Positions 53,914 through 64,000 of a stretch of DNA of 64,000 bases are shown in pieces. How positions within the stretch are numbered: position 1 is the first letter of the stretch; each line of letters opens with the position of its first letter. The notes under the pieces were generated by a model. The model saw only the letters and a list, made by a program, of their open reading frames with translations, was not told the origin of the DNA and searched no databases. A program made the position numbers and the translations under genes. Source of the stretch: Escherichia phage vB_Eco_F22. The stretch is from the sequence record OP870143.1; one strand, given 5' to 3'.

Positions 53914-55116
53914 TTACAGAGGAGCAACAGTCTTAATCAGAGCCAGACGTTCTGGACGTTTAACCAGGATACCGTAGTACCACTTGATGGAACTGAAGCC
54001 AGTCTCACCATACGGATCATTACGGTCAGCAGTTTCTCGACCAGGCATCTTAGTCATGATGGAGAACTTAACAGACTTACCATCAGTCTGGAAGCCAATG
54101 GTAGAGAAGGAGTCATCACCAACTACCAGCATCGGGAATACGTCGTAGTGTTCTTGACCACTAACCATAGAAGAACGATAACCTGGGTTAGTAGTAACCT
54201 GAGCACCAGCACCTGCCCAATGCAGCATTTCTGGAACCTGGATAATACGGAACTTGTCGATACAACCAATCTCACCATTCATCAGAGTACCAGCATCAGC
54301 ATAGTGCTGAACCTCGATGAATGCTTTGTTACCGAACAGGTCTTTCATCGCTTTCAGTTCTGGAACCAGTTCAGAACCAACGTACATTACACGAGTACCA
54401 CCAAGTACTTTGGTATCAGTAAGTTTAGAACCAGTGATGATAGTAGTCTGGGTCGGAGTACGGTTCTCAGTAAGAATCTGGTCAAGACGCATCAGGTTCT
54501 TATAAGAAACTACAGACGGGGTAGAACCTTCACCGGTGATGGTAGCATCGGAGGTAGCAGCACCTGCATACAGTACAGTACCAGCAGCAGCCAGCAGGTC
54601 TTTCTGGAGAACAGCTTCAGTCAACTGTACAGCACCGTTCATCAGTTCACGGGACAGGTGCTCTTTCAGTTGGTCGTCAGAATCAAAGTCCAGAGACTCT
54701 TGAGTAAATTCGTAGAAGAAACCGAACTTATGAATGGAACCTTCACGAGACAGACGGGTAAAGCCTACACGGTTAACACGACCACCATTCTCTGTCAGCA
54801 GAGGCAGTTTAGAAGTGATGTTACCAACGTCTCGGGAAGAACCATACAGGTTACCATTAACGATGGTAGCACCCTTAGCATCAATACCCTGGTCGTTGAT
54901 GTTCTTATCATCAAGCAGTGGGACGTACTCATACACCTTAACAGTCTTACCATAGTTCTTCGGCATGTTAATGGTGTTAGCCAGTGGCATGAAATACTGG
55001 TCTTTACGGGACTGAATAATAGCTTTCTTCAGCCAGTAATAGGTATTCATCTGGTCGGAACCAGCACCATCAATGCTAGATTTCTGGCCGTCAATTGGGG
55101 CGTTATAGTTTAACAT
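53914..55116 (-). CDS. Major capsid protein candidate (N4 gp56-like, 400 aa)
   Basis: Size and position (portal - small protein - scaffold-like - this gene) match N4-like capsid modules; strong hairpin directly downstream. Confidence 0.55.
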   Translation of the reverse strand: MLNYNAPIDGQKSSIDGAGSDQMNTYYWLKKAIIQSRKDQYFMPLANTINMPKNYGKTVKVYEYVPLLDDKNINDQGIDAKGATIVNGNLYGSSRDVGNITSKLPLLTENGGRVNRVGFTRLSREGSIHKFGFFYEFTQESLDFDSDDQLKEHLSRELMNGAVQLTEAVLQKDLLAAAGTVLYAGAATSDATITGEGSTPSVVSYKNLMRLDQILTENRTPTQTTIITGSKLTDTKVLGGTRVMYVGSELVPELKAMKDLFGNKAFIEVQHYADAGTLMNGEIGCIDKFRIIQVPEMLHWAGAGAQVTTNPGYRSSMVSGQEHYDVFPMLVVGDDSFSTIGFQTDGKSVKFSIMTKMPGRETADRNDPYGETGFSSIKWYYGILVKRPERLALIKTVAPL

Positions 55117-55132
55117 ATCATCTTATTCCTGT

Positions 55133-56353
55133 TTAAAGACTACCCGGTACTGGGAGTTTAGCGAAATCTTCATCACTCATAGCGAGTGGGTTTACAATAG
55201 GTGTTGCTTTACGTGTAGCAGCCCGACTAAGGGAAGCTGCTTTAGCTTGCTCACTGTTAGCCAGAGTCTGCTTAGGTTGTGCTACACGCACTACCGGCTG
55301 AACTACTGGTTTAACTGCTTGTACCGGTTCTGGCTTAGCCACTCGGTTAAATGCCCCTTGTTGTGCAAGGAGGTTACCGACGTGGTTATAAGCCTGAATG
55401 AACGGAGTACCTACCGGAATCTGGCCTAACATCTGAAGACGGTTCACTTCGTTTGCAATGGTGTCATAAATACCATTCTCACGTTGTTCGTGAATAGTCT
55501 GGAGTAGGCCACGATTCTGGTAAAGAGCATCTTTACTGGCAGCATCCCATGTCGAGCCGATAACACCTAATGTAGCTTGTCCTTCTTGAGTAGACTTTAA
55601 GTCGTCAATTTCGGTTGCAAAATCTGCTTCGGTGTCGGTAACACGGTGATTGCCACCCTGGTAGTTAATTTCCTCATCTGGGTTAAAGTCCAGAGGATCT
55701 GTACCAGAGTCTTTGAGCAACTTCTTAATGGCTTCAGGATTCTTTTTATCCAGGTCAATCAGGAAGGAAAGTTTGTCCTCATCCATTAAACCGTTGTTCT
55801 GTAACATCAGCATTACCTTACGGTAAGGCTTTAGTTCTTGCATCTTACGAGTATAGTTAGCACCCATCTGCATCAGGCTAATGGCCTCCTCCGGTGAACG
55901 GGGAGTAATCACTTTGCCGTTAGCTTTAAAAGGAGCCATCAACTTTTCGTAACTTTCCTTATAGTTGAAGTCAGCAGGCAGACCTTCAGACTGTTTGCCT
56001 TCTTCTTCCTGTTCCTGGCCTGGTTCAGTAGTAGAAGGTTCAGCTTTAGTAATCGGCTCGCCGTTACTATCAACTTCTGTGTCAACAACTTTATCATCAA
56101 CTTTATCAGAAGTTAAAGGATTTGCTGAATCTTCTTCATCTGGTTCGGCTTCGGGGGAGGTTTCTTCGGTTGGTAGGTCTTCAACAGCAGGGGTGTCAAC
56201 TTCTTCATCAGGAGTCTGTACGCCGTTGGTTTCTGGGTTGTTCTGAGTGGAAGTATCTTCCTCAGCGATAATTGCTGGGGCTTCCATATTCAGAATCTCA
56301 TCATCCGACATTGCGAGAATGTCGGAAGCTGTGGTTGCAGCTTCCGTAGTCAT
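55133..56353 (-). CDS. Acidic protein between portal and capsid genes, scaffolding-protein candidate (406 aa)
   Basis: Highly acidic N-terminal region; syntenic position between portal and capsid. Confidence 0.4.
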   Translation of the reverse strand: MTTEAATTASDILAMSDDEILNMEAPAIIAEEDTSTQNNPETNGVQTPDEEVDTPAVEDLPTEETSPEAEPDEEDSANPLTSDKVDDKVVDTEVDSNGEPITKAEPSTTEPGQEQEEEGKQSEGLPADFNYKESYEKLMAPFKANGKVITPRSPEEAISLMQMGANYTRKMQELKPYRKVMLMLQNNGLMDEDKLSFLIDLDKKNPEAIKKLLKDSGTDPLDFNPDEEINYQGGNHRVTDTEADFATEIDDLKSTQEGQATLGVIGSTWDAASKDALYQNRGLLQTIHEQRENGIYDTIANEVNRLQMLGQIPVGTPFIQAYNHVGNLLAQQGAFNRVAKPEPVQAVKPVVQPVVRVAQPKQTLANSEQAKAASLSRAATRKATPIVNPLAMSDEDFAKLPVPGSL

Positions 56354-56372
56354 AGGAAATATCTCCGGTTAA

Positions 56373-56717
56373 TTATTCGTCTTCAGGTTCAGCACGAACT
56401 GCGTCGAGTTCTTCTTCTACCTGTAGAATAACGTCAGCTTCGTTTTCACCCATGCGAATAGCGAGGTCGAGCCAACGACGTAAGTGACCAGCAGCTTGAG
56501 CCATGTTCAATGCATCTGCACGGTTATTTGCTTCAAGCAGTGGGTCACCAGACTCTTGCACGTAACGTGCACAATCTTCCGTACAGAACTGGCGAAGAAT
56601 TACTTTACGGAACAGTGGATTCTCCAGAAGTTTACGTACATCTTCTGCATGTGCAACTGCACCTTTAGCAGCTTCCAGTCGATGTTCCAGTCCAGCGATT
56701 GTTGATTCTTTACTCAT
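56373..56717 (-). CDS. Hypothetical protein (114 aa)
   Basis: ORF between portal and scaffold-like gene. Confidence 0.45.
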   Translation of the reverse strand: MSKESTIAGLEHRLEAAKGAVAHAEDVRKLLENPLFRKVILRQFCTEDCARYVQESGDPLLEANNRADALNMAQAAGHLRRWLDLAIRMGENEADVILQVEEELDAVRAEPEDE

Positions 56718-56730
56718 GTGAAGGTCTGCC

Positions 56731-59001
56731 TTACAGGTTCATGCCAAGAGCCGATGCTGGGTCTTGGCTAGGGTCATAGTATTGGGAACTAAGTGAATAA
56801 GCCGGGTCTTGTTGAGCAGCTAAATCACGTTCTGGTATAGAGTTCCCGTCAGTCAAAGTATTATATCCAACAGCAGCAGATATGTTGGGGGTAGTTTCCC
56901 CTTCTTTAATAGGTGTTGTCAATGCCTTAGTTATCTGAAGGTTCTGGTTTCCTTGGGATTGTGCTTTTTGTTTTTCCATATCACGAGCATGTTTAGTACC
57001 AGATTCCTGTTCCAGATAATCCAGGTCTTTAAGGTCACCAGCAGAAGCAGCCTCTTTAGCCTTAGCCATATTGAGTGCAATCTTACTTTGTAACTCTTCA
57101 TTCTCAAGCTGTGCTTTCTGAATTGCCAATTGCTTAAGCTGTTCTTCCATAGGGTCTGGTTGTGGTTGCCAGGTACGTAACTCATGGGCCAGGTCAGGCA
57201 TACGTTTAAGTTCTGCAATCTTAGCTACAAGAGATAATGTAATAGTCTGGTCAACCGTATTACCCAATGTTTGAACCATGAAGCTCAAGTCCTGAGATTT
57301 CTGGTTATCAATTTCAGCAGTGTTAATATCAACCTCAATGTCGAAGTTACCTTTAAGGTCTTCACGGTTAATCTCTACATACTGCTCGTTAGTAATACGT
57401 ACGACTTCTTTCTCAGATAAGAACACAGCATTCATTGCACAAATCTTAGTACCAATGTCTGCCATACCTTTAGCCAATCGACGAAGGATTGCCATCTCAC
57501 GTTTGGATGCTGCATCAAGTGCACCACGAATACCGGCAGCCACATCTCCATAAGCTGAACCAGTTACACCACCAGAGAATGCTTTGACCCCAGTTAATGC
57601 TTCTGCTTCCTGGTTTTGCATCTGAGTCATTACTATTGCTGACTGAGGTAACTCAGGGAACTTATGTTCCATAATGGCCTGACTAGGATTACCTTGCATT
57701 GGGTTATATTCATAGTCTTGTCCATCGTCATATCGACGTCGGTTTAGTGTATCCAGCATCCCTTTAGGATAACCACGTTGACCATTTGCACTTCGACCTA
57801 ACAGGTCAATCATCCCACGCATAGTTGCACCAAGAATTGCTTGGTTATCTCCTAACAGTTCAGCATCAGCTTCACCGAATAGCTCTCGTTTACGTGGCAT
57901 GTAAGGAACAACTACCAAAGGTAACTTACCATCCGGGAAAGGGTTCTTCTCCATACGAATAAGAGTAGAGCCAATCCAGGTAGCAACAATTGGTTCCAGA
58001 GAACCATCATCATTGATGTCGTAAAATCCCCAGTACTCATAAGCAACGACTTTCTTACGTAGTGCATCCTTAAACTGGAAGTCGCTTGGAGTTTTACTCT
58101 CATGGTCTGGATCAGTCATAGGACTGGAGCTTTCCCAATCAATCTTATCTAAATTGTGGTAACGATCTTTGTTCTTCATGAGGTCTGCTTTACATGTCTC
58201 AAACGAGATAACTGCATACAGAGCCTTATCCAAATCACCATTACAACTAGGGTCAATAACTACGTTATTAGGGTTAAGCATTTCAACGGTGGGTCTGTTA
58301 ACCAGTGCCTTCTCTACTTCTACTTCAGTAACCCCAGTCTGGATTGCATAGGTAGCTTCCCCAGTTTCATTGAAGTAGTTAACAGCTTCTTTAATATCTT
58401 CAGGCATTGTTTCATCGTACTCACGAGGATTCTCTGCCTGAAGCTGTAAAGCCTGTTGAAGAACATCTGCCTGTTCCTGGTTCTCAATTGGATACAACTG
58501 AAATACTGGAGTTTCAGTTTTAATCTTAACAGTCTTACGTTCCCAACCAATACGAGCAATACCAGTACCGTCATCTACGACACTGTGTACGTAATCATCT
58601 ATCAGTTTCACTTTATTAAGCTGGGTACGGAATTGGTAGTTAAGAACTAATTCATTCTGACGTGCAGCTAATTCATCTTCAAAAGTAACCGGAGTTACTT
58701 TAAAGAGTTTATTAGATGAGAGGAATGGTTCAGACAATGGAGCATATCGCCACTCTGCCTGACGGCGAACCAGTCTAGGCTGGACTTGCGAACGTCCCTT
58801 AACCTTTGGGGGTTTAGCCTTACCCTTGACTTCCATCAGGTCATTCCACTCACGAATCTGTGCCATAATCGCATCGTGAGCAGGTTTAGCTGATTCCAAA
58901 TCACCCTTCAGCAATTGGATACTTGGTTCCTTCTTCCAGTCCGTTATCTTCTCTGATTGAGCCGGGTCTGGTAAAGGCTTAAAAGTGTCTTGGTGTTCCA
59001 T
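56731..59001 (-). CDS. Portal protein candidate (N4 gp59-like, 756 aa)
   Basis: Size and synteny upstream of the capsid assembly genes. Confidence 0.55.
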   Translation of the reverse strand: MEHQDTFKPLPDPAQSEKITDWKKEPSIQLLKGDLESAKPAHDAIMAQIREWNDLMEVKGKAKPPKVKGRSQVQPRLVRRQAEWRYAPLSEPFLSSNKLFKVTPVTFEDELAARQNELVLNYQFRTQLNKVKLIDDYVHSVVDDGTGIARIGWERKTVKIKTETPVFQLYPIENQEQADVLQQALQLQAENPREYDETMPEDIKEAVNYFNETGEATYAIQTGVTEVEVEKALVNRPTVEMLNPNNVVIDPSCNGDLDKALYAVISFETCKADLMKNKDRYHNLDKIDWESSSPMTDPDHESKTPSDFQFKDALRKKVVAYEYWGFYDINDDGSLEPIVATWIGSTLIRMEKNPFPDGKLPLVVVPYMPRKRELFGEADAELLGDNQAILGATMRGMIDLLGRSANGQRGYPKGMLDTLNRRRYDDGQDYEYNPMQGNPSQAIMEHKFPELPQSAIVMTQMQNQEAEALTGVKAFSGGVTGSAYGDVAAGIRGALDAASKREMAILRRLAKGMADIGTKICAMNAVFLSEKEVVRITNEQYVEINREDLKGNFDIEVDINTAEIDNQKSQDLSFMVQTLGNTVDQTITLSLVAKIAELKRMPDLAHELRTWQPQPDPMEEQLKQLAIQKAQLENEELQSKIALNMAKAKEAASAGDLKDLDYLEQESGTKHARDMEKQKAQSQGNQNLQITKALTTPIKEGETTPNISAAVGYNTLTDGNSIPERDLAAQQDPAYSLSSQYYDPSQDPASALGMNL

Positions 59002-59009
59002 AGTTATTC

Positions 59010-59531
59010 CTATTCAAAAAGTTTACGGTCAGCCTGAATTTGTTTACCCAACTCAATTAGTTGGTTGTCACGGAGTCTAACAGTTGCCCGGAGTTCTTCA
59101 ACCAAACGTCTGCCTTCTTCAAGACTGTTGTCGAGTCTGGCTGCATGGCTTGCAAGACTTCTGCACTCAAGGGTTCCGGCTTCGGCTTGACGTTTATATA
59201 CCGATGCTCGTCTTTCAGACTGTTGCATCCGGCTGTCGTAATCACTGCTAACGCGAGCAAGCTCGCTTGCGTAATTACTCTCAGCCGTCTGCAACCGGGA
59301 AGTGAGTAACCCGACTTCATAACTATGGTTTCTTTGGAGAGCATTGTATTTGTCCTGTAGTTTTTGTATTGCCTTCAGGTCTTCAACCTTTTGGACATCC
59401 CACTTCTTTTGAACAGTAGACTGCCCATTGGAATTGCCCCAAAAGTAAATGGTGGCCCCGAGGACCACCACCAGAAGATAAGGCCAACCTTTAGAGATTA
59501 GCATCTTCATTACATGCCTCCAGTGGTACAT
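59010..59531 (-). CDS. Rz-like inner-membrane spanin (i-spanin)
   Basis: N-terminal transmembrane helix [16 protein letters not shown] followed by coiled-coil-like periplasmic domain; contains embedded lipoprotein ORF. Confidence 0.55.
   Translation of the reverse strand: MYHWRHVMKMLISKGWPYLLVVVLGATIYFWGNSNGQSTVQKKWDVQKVEDLKAIQKLQDKYNALQRNHSYEVGLLTSRLQTAESNYASELARVSSDYDSRMQQSERRASVYKRQAEAGTLECRSLASHAARLDNSLEEGRRLVEELRATVRLRDNQLIELGKQIQADRKLFE
59057..59320 (-). CDS. Rz1-like outer-membrane lipoprotein spanin (o-spanin), embedded in the Rz gene in another frame
   Basis: Lipobox-like [12 protein letters not shown] with Cys, Pro-rich KPKPEP segment; fully inside the Rz ORF; start codon uncertain (track ORF 59057..59344). 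Confidence 0.5.
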   Translation of the reverse strand: MKSGYSLPGCRRLRVITQASLLALAVITTAGCNSLKDEHRYINVKPKPEPLSAEVLQAMQPDSTTVLKKADVWLKNSGQLLDSVTTN

Positions 59532-60126
59532 TACCGATTCGGTTAGCTACCCAACCATACGTAAAGTCTGGCATGTTCAATGAGGTGTAGTGGTTCAGTT
59601 GTTTAGCATCAAGCAACTTAATCATTACCTTACATGCTGCAACTTTGCCTCGTTTTTTCTGTAATACTTTATATGCATTAACAGTACCTGCACCGACTTT
59701 ACCATCAACTTGTATTTTAGGGTAGTCTTTGCCATCACGGGACATTTCATTAAGAGATTGCTGCAACCATTTAGCTGGTCTGGTTACACCAGTGTTAACA
59801 CCAGCATCAACCAGTTTGTGTGTTACAGCAGGAGATATATCAGCGAAAGCTACGAAGTTAGGCTTGAGTACGTAGTCATCAATGTATATCTCAGCAGCCA
59901 TCTCTTTCGATAAACCCTTCATGGAACCATTCCAACCATACTCAGTAGCCAGAACTTCTTTATGAGACTTAGCTACCGATTGGGTAATACCATGATTAGT
60001 TTCCCCACCTGGGTCACGAGGATTGTTTACGTACCCTCCTTCCATATAGAACACTGCCCCCAGAATAGCAGCGACAACTCCTCCCACTGCACCACCTTTT
60101 GCAGCAAGTTTTTGTTTAGCTTTCAT
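59491..60126 (-). CDS. Endolysin, GH108-type N-acetylmuramidase with N-terminal signal-anchor (SAR-like) segment
   Basis: YMEGGYVNNPRDPGGETNHGIT matches the GH108 N-terminal signature; Gly/Ala-rich hydrophobic stretch GGAVGGVVAAILGAVF. Confidence 0.65.
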   Translation of the reverse strand: MKAKQKLAAKGGAVGGVVAAILGAVFYMEGGYVNNPRDPGGETNHGITQSVAKSHKEVLATEYGWNGSMKGLSKEMAAEIYIDDYVLKPNFVAFADISPAVTHKLVDAGVNTGVTRPAKWLQQSLNEMSRDGKDYPKIQVDGKVGAGTVNAYKVLQKKRGKVAACKVMIKLLDAKQLNHYTSLNMPDFTYGWVANRIGNVPLEACNEDANL

Positions 60127-60442
60127 GAGAATCTTCCTTTGGATGGAATCGTATTAGTCTGCCCACAATATTTAAAGCAAACAGTGCGATTGTAATACTG
60201 GAACCATGTGGGATATCTTCAAGGATGTGACGGGGTAGTCCTGTTAGCATTGGTTGGATAATATCTACAGCAGAAAACAGAATTAATCCAAACGTACTAA
60301 TCTGAACAGATGCCCACTTCCAGGACTTCTTCCAGTTAGGTACTAGTCCTATCTTTCTTTTTAGCTTGCAAACCATGCGAATATCTCCCGTCTTGCAGCA
60401 GCCAATACACCAATAATTGCACCTGCTCCAGCCCAAACCCAC
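60116..60442 (-). CDS. Putative holin (two transmembrane helices; true start probably near 60376)
   Basis: Small membrane protein adjacent to the endolysin. Confidence 0.4.
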   Translation of the reverse strand: MGLGWSRCNYWCIGCCKTGDIRMVCKLKRKIGLVPNWKKSWKWASVQISTFGLILFSAVDIIQPMLTGLPRHILEDIPHGSSITIALFALNIVGRLIRFHPKEDSHES

Positions 60443-60693
60443 TTACCAAAAATCCCAGCACCGGCAACTTTATGTTTAATGGTGATGAACTCTTCAATGG
60501 TGGGTTCAGACTTAGTGATGCTCTCTTCTACCCGTTTAAGTCGGGTACTAAGGTCGCCCATAGACTCACTTAGCTTTTTAATAGACTCTTCCATTTTCTC
60601 CCTTTCTCTCGATTCACGAGTTTGGTTTTCGAAAATGTTTCTCAGTCTCTCCTCGAGTCTGGCTAGAGTTACGTTATCTGGTTCATTTCCCAT
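60361..60693 (-). CDS. Coiled-coil protein with C-terminal transmembrane helix (holin/antiholin or lysis-associated candidate)
   Basis: 110 aa; charged helical N-terminus, C-terminal GIFGKWVWAGAGAIIGVLAAA. Confidence 0.4.
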   Translation of the reverse strand: MGNEPDNVTLARLEERLRNIFENQTRESREREKMEESIKKLSESMGDLSTRLKRVEESITKSEPTIEEFITIKHKVAGAGIFGKWVWAGAGAIIGVLAAARREIFAWFAS

Positions 60694-60761
60694 AGGGACT
60701 TTCTCAGGTTAGTTAAGTCGTGATTGACTGAAACAGTCTACATAAAGGATTGTTTGGGATA

Positions 60762-60788
60762 CAACAAAAAAGCCCCCAGACGGGGGCT
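60762..60788 (-). terminator. Intrinsic terminator downstream of the tail gene
   Basis: Hairpin AGCCCCC-AGAC-GGGGGCT; minus-strand reading followed by TTTTTTGTTG. Confidence 0.65.
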
Positions 60789-60797
60789 TTGTTTTAT

Positions 60798-63053
60798 TTA
60801 GGTGTTATCAGCAACTACCTCAAGTACTCCGTTATTAGAACGAAGGCGTTTGTAAGTACTATCCCCCACATCTCGGAGTATAATCCCTTTGGTAGCATAC
60901 ATAGTACCGAAACGTCCATCCTTAGAACCAATATCCTGCAAGGAATCTGTTACTGCTGTCATAACCCCTGCAACACGATTAACTTTACGGGCATACCAGA
61001 CATTTTTGCCAACATCTTTATCCATAGCAACATCGAAGTTAAAGTTTGCAGTATTGGTAGATAAACCATTCATTGCTGCACTAGAAGTATCAACAGTAAT
61101 CTTGAGAGTACCTCCAGTAAGTCCATCAGCAGAAACGTACAACTCTGCATTCTTAAAGTTACGAATGCCACCTAGACCATTGGCAAAGGTAACTTTAGAT
61201 GCATCACCATAAACAATTAACCGATTCTCTTTGAATCGTTCTGCGTAAAGACCGAAAGGAGTAGCGTCCTGATCTTCAATATTAATTGTTGCATGGTTAG
61301 TGTTAATGGTGGGTGGGATACCAAATGTAATAGTATTCCCTTTAAACTCTTTAACTTTGAAATTCAAACGATACTCATCAGCATAATCATTTGCATATCT
61401 GTTCTGAAGTTCACAATCAATAAAGCTATAACACTCAAAACCCATAGCAGCAGGCCAGCCAGTATCAATAATACTGCCTATGATGGTTGTGCCTACAAAC
61501 TTAATATTACGGGCATTACCAGCATTGGATACAGCACCCTCAGAGTGCATACTATGTAGCACGCCACCCACAACCAGAATATCGTTAACAGTCCCCGGTA
61601 CGGATACAGTCTGGAATGCACACTTACCGGTGTTAACAATTTTAGGGTTAATAACACGAATGTTGTAAGGGTTTCCCCCTTCAGCTTCAATATCAATACC
61701 TGCTTCCGGTCCGGTATAATGAGTACCAATCCCACCAGCTTTATTGCCTGAGCGGGTAATTACTGGATTAATGATATCAATGTTAGCTCCACCAGTCAGG
61801 GAGTAGCAGTTGCGCCCACAGGAATCCCAGTAACAGTCTTCAATAACAGTGCGTGGAACAATATCCAAGAAACTGAAGCTACCGGTAGATTGATGATATA
61901 AGCCATCTACAGGCGAATTAAGGTATTTATGTCGGTAAACACGAGCACCTGCTGACTGGTTAATCCACATGTTATAACAAGGAATCTGATAACCAGTGTT
62001 ACCAAACTTACCCCCCCATACAGCAGAGGCTAAGTTACCATCACTGGTCCCACCATTAATTACGACGTTAGGTGCTTTGTACAGTTTAATAAGAAAACCT
62101 TGGTAAGCCATATAGCTATAATCAGGGGTTTCAGCTACAACATCCGGTGCAATAGAACCAGTAACAGGATCAAAAGCCCCTAAACGCATACCGTCATTAA
62201 TCTTAAGTGTCCAGTTACTCATCTCCAGTTCGATATTAGCATCCGTCATATGAATGGAGAACCAGCCTTTAGCAGAAGCATCTGTCCAGGCACGCTGCTC
62301 ATAGGAAGGTTTATAAGAACCACCCTGACCAGTAGAACCAGTGAGATACTGGGAACCTACTAAACTAGTGCCAGCAGGGAATATCACCTTAACCGGTTCA
62401 GTTACCTGTGTGCTTAAGTATTGACCCAATTCCCAAAGAGCGTCTGCGTTATCAGCAGAGTCAACAGTTACACCAAAATCCGTAGCATAGATTACACGTC
62501 TACCCATTAAATCCATGTTAGCAGCTACGTTGGTATTAATTGCATTAGGCATACGAACATAGGGAACTTCTTCAGACTTAACTAATGGGCTTAACTTACT
62601 CCAGGCATCATTAGCTACACCACCTGAGTTTTCTGGTGTAGAGGATGCCGGGACAACTTTAGGGAATGCACCATTCCAAATATAATACTCACCATTATGA
62701 ATCAGTCTTTGGTTTTTAACGGTAAGGGTAGCCCCAGTAGTAAATGAACCGGGAGAGTTAATATACTCCTTACGTTCTACAGCCAGAGCACCTAAGTCAA
62801 CATTACCAGCAGAGTGAACTAATACCCCAGCAGGACTAAGACTTACAGCAGTAACACCTGAACCAATATCAGCAGGTAAGGAGTAAGCACGCTGTGACGC
62901 TTTGTCATAGATGACTTTATAACCGCTTAGTACAGCACCAGTAGAGAAGTAAACAACCTCAGATTGCTTAACCCCAAAGTGACGGGCTACTGCTTGTTTG
63001 TTGGTTAAGATTCCAGTTGAACCCTTACCACCTTGTGAAAACATTTCGTTCAT
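60798..63053 (-). CDS. Tail protein (tailspike/sheath-like, receptor-binding candidate), 751 aa
   Basis: Large late ORF flanked by minus-strand terminators; Gly/Asn/Thr-rich repeats suggestive of beta-structure. Confidence 0.5.
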   Translation of the reverse strand: MNEMFSQGGKGSTGILTNKQAVARHFGVKQSEVVYFSTGAVLSGYKVIYDKASQRAYSLPADIGSGVTAVSLSPAGVLVHSAGNVDLGALAVERKEYINSPGSFTTGATLTVKNQRLIHNGEYYIWNGAFPKVVPASSTPENSGGVANDAWSKLSPLVKSEEVPYVRMPNAINTNVAANMDLMGRRVIYATDFGVTVDSADNADALWELGQYLSTQVTEPVKVIFPAGTSLVGSQYLTGSTGQGGSYKPSYEQRAWTDASAKGWFSIHMTDANIELEMSNWTLKINDGMRLGAFDPVTGSIAPDVVAETPDYSYMAYQGFLIKLYKAPNVVINGGTSDGNLASAVWGGKFGNTGYQIPCYNMWINQSAGARVYRHKYLNSPVDGLYHQSTGSFSFLDIVPRTVIEDCYWDSCGRNCYSLTGGANIDIINPVITRSGNKAGGIGTHYTGPEAGIDIEAEGGNPYNIRVINPKIVNTGKCAFQTVSVPGTVNDILVVGGVLHSMHSEGAVSNAGNARNIKFVGTTIIGSIIDTGWPAAMGFECYSFIDCELQNRYANDYADEYRLNFKVKEFKGNTITFGIPPTINTNHATINIEDQDATPFGLYAERFKENRLIVYGDASKVTFANGLGGIRNFKNAELYVSADGLTGGTLKITVDTSSAAMNGLSTNTANFNFDVAMDKDVGKNVWYARKVNRVAGVMTAVTDSLQDIGSKDGRFGTMYATKGIILRDVGDSTYKRLRSNNGVLEVVADNT

Positions 63054-63065
63054 ATAAACCTCATT

Positions 63066-63096
63066 GTTTTTCTATAAAAGCCCCCTCGGGGGCTTT
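63066..63096 (-). terminator. Intrinsic terminator between the two tail genes
   Basis: Hairpin AAAGCCCCC-TCG-GGGGCTTT; minus-strand reading followed by TTTTATAGAAAAA. Confidence 0.55.
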
Positions 63097-63098
63097 CT

Positions 63099-63956
63099 TT
63101 AAAAGAATTGAGAATCAATTGAGTAGGTAATTGTCCCACGTAATTCAGCAGTAGGAGTAATGTCCGATTCTAATAGTGCTGTCGTAGCCTCTTCAGGCTG
63201 TTTAAGTATTTGAATTACATTAGACCCTCTATTCATTACTACAGAAAGTTGTGGGGTTCCTGGTTGCAATCCAGTATATGCACTAATAGTACCACTTGCA
63301 GCATTCTTAGCAGGGTAGGGCATATTACGTATTTGCATAGCACCCGTTTGACCACCTGCACCATTAAGCTTAATAAAGAACTCTACGGTAACTGTATTAC
63401 CTGTTTTAGTGTACTTAATATCTTTAGTAGCACCTCCCACATCTGAGGTTACTGAACCAAAAGTAATAGCTGCAAGGGGAACGTCAGCAGTTTCATTCCA
63501 TGCCTCAAAATTGATGAGGTTGGAATCTCCAGTTACAATATGTATAAACTTGTTGCTGCCAGTATTAACAATAATCTTAGAGCCAGCAGCATTAGCACTT
63601 ACCCCAATCTTAGGCAGTTCTCCATTAGAGAAACGTCCATTGTTAAAGACAATATGGTTGTTAGGTCCATGTATCCACATATCCCTGGAGTATGTAGTTC
63701 CATATGCTAAAAAAGTATTAAATATGATAAAGTTATCATTACCTACTGAAATTAAAGGGTTTTGCTCATTTGTTTTAGGCAAGCAATAAAAATCATCAAC
63801 AGTCATATCATTGCCAGAATTAAAATGAGCAGCTACCCCATAACCTGCATCAGTAGCAGATGGTAACTCAGAACCACAACCACTAATGTGAAGTCCATTG
63901 TTATTGTCAAAGTAATAGGCAGTACGCACCGTACCATCAGAAGCACAGCTTTGCAT
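63099..63956 (-). CDS. Tail fiber-like or appendage protein (285 aa)
   Basis: Late ORF next to the tail gene; Gly/Asn/Thr-rich. Confidence 0.45.
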   Translation of the reverse strand: MQSCASDGTVRTAYYFDNNNGLHISGCGSELPSATDAGYGVAAHFNSGNDMTVDDFYCLPKTNEQNPLISVGNDNFIIFNTFLAYGTTYSRDMWIHGPNNHIVFNNGRFSNGELPKIGVSANAAGSKIIVNTGSNKFIHIVTGDSNLINFEAWNETADVPLAAITFGSVTSDVGGATKDIKYTKTGNTVTVEFFIKLNGAGGQTGAMQIRNMPYPAKNAASGTISAYTGLQPGTPQLSVVMNRGSNVIQILKQPEEATTALLESDITPTAELRGTITYSIDSQFF

Positions 63957-64000
63957 ATTACCATATTGATGATTCAGGATACGGTACGCCCCTGGTGCAA

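Noticed and set aside
53695-55113. 472-aa + strand ORF
   Set aside because: Antisense to the major capsid candidate (53914..55116); low-complexity Ser/Thr/Val-rich translation typical of a reverse-frame artifact
1-64000. CRISPR arrays, integrase or other mobile-element hallmarks, rRNA genes
   Set aside because: No regularly spaced direct repeats, no tyrosine or serine recombinase-like ORF and no rRNA-like sequence were seen; the genome looks like a strictly lytic N4-like phage

Overview
This window looks like most of an N4-like (Schitoviridae-type) podophage genome. About 36 kb of rightward (+) early/middle genes converge at a bidirectional terminator near 36.28 kb with leftward (-) late genes. 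The + block holds small early ORFs behind a conserved hairpin motif, a split T7-like RNA polymerase II (272 aa + 405 aa), an Ig-like protein, a MoxR-type AAA+ ATPase with a VWA partner, dCTP deaminase, a ThyX-like enzyme, a GHKL (rIIA-like) ATPase, a Dda/RecD-like helicase, family A DNA polymerase, a Cas4-like nuclease, primase, SSB-like protein and a RuvC-like resolvase. The - block starts with a 3615-aa virion RNA polymerase and continues with virion proteins, major capsid, portal, a lysis cassette (embedded Rz/Rz1, GH108 endolysin, holin) and tail proteins. Two things stand out: a perfect 210-bp inverted repeat at the left edge (1..513), and a ~1.6 kb protein-free, hairpin-dense region (33.2-34.8 kb) with one plausible tRNA and four tRNA-like T-arm modules that I could not fold into cloverleaves. 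All calls rest on motif reading by eye and on N4 synteny; no database search was run. Coordinates of non-CDS features are approximate (+/- 2 nt), and those in 33.0-34.9 kb were shifted +1 after calibration against the ORF track.
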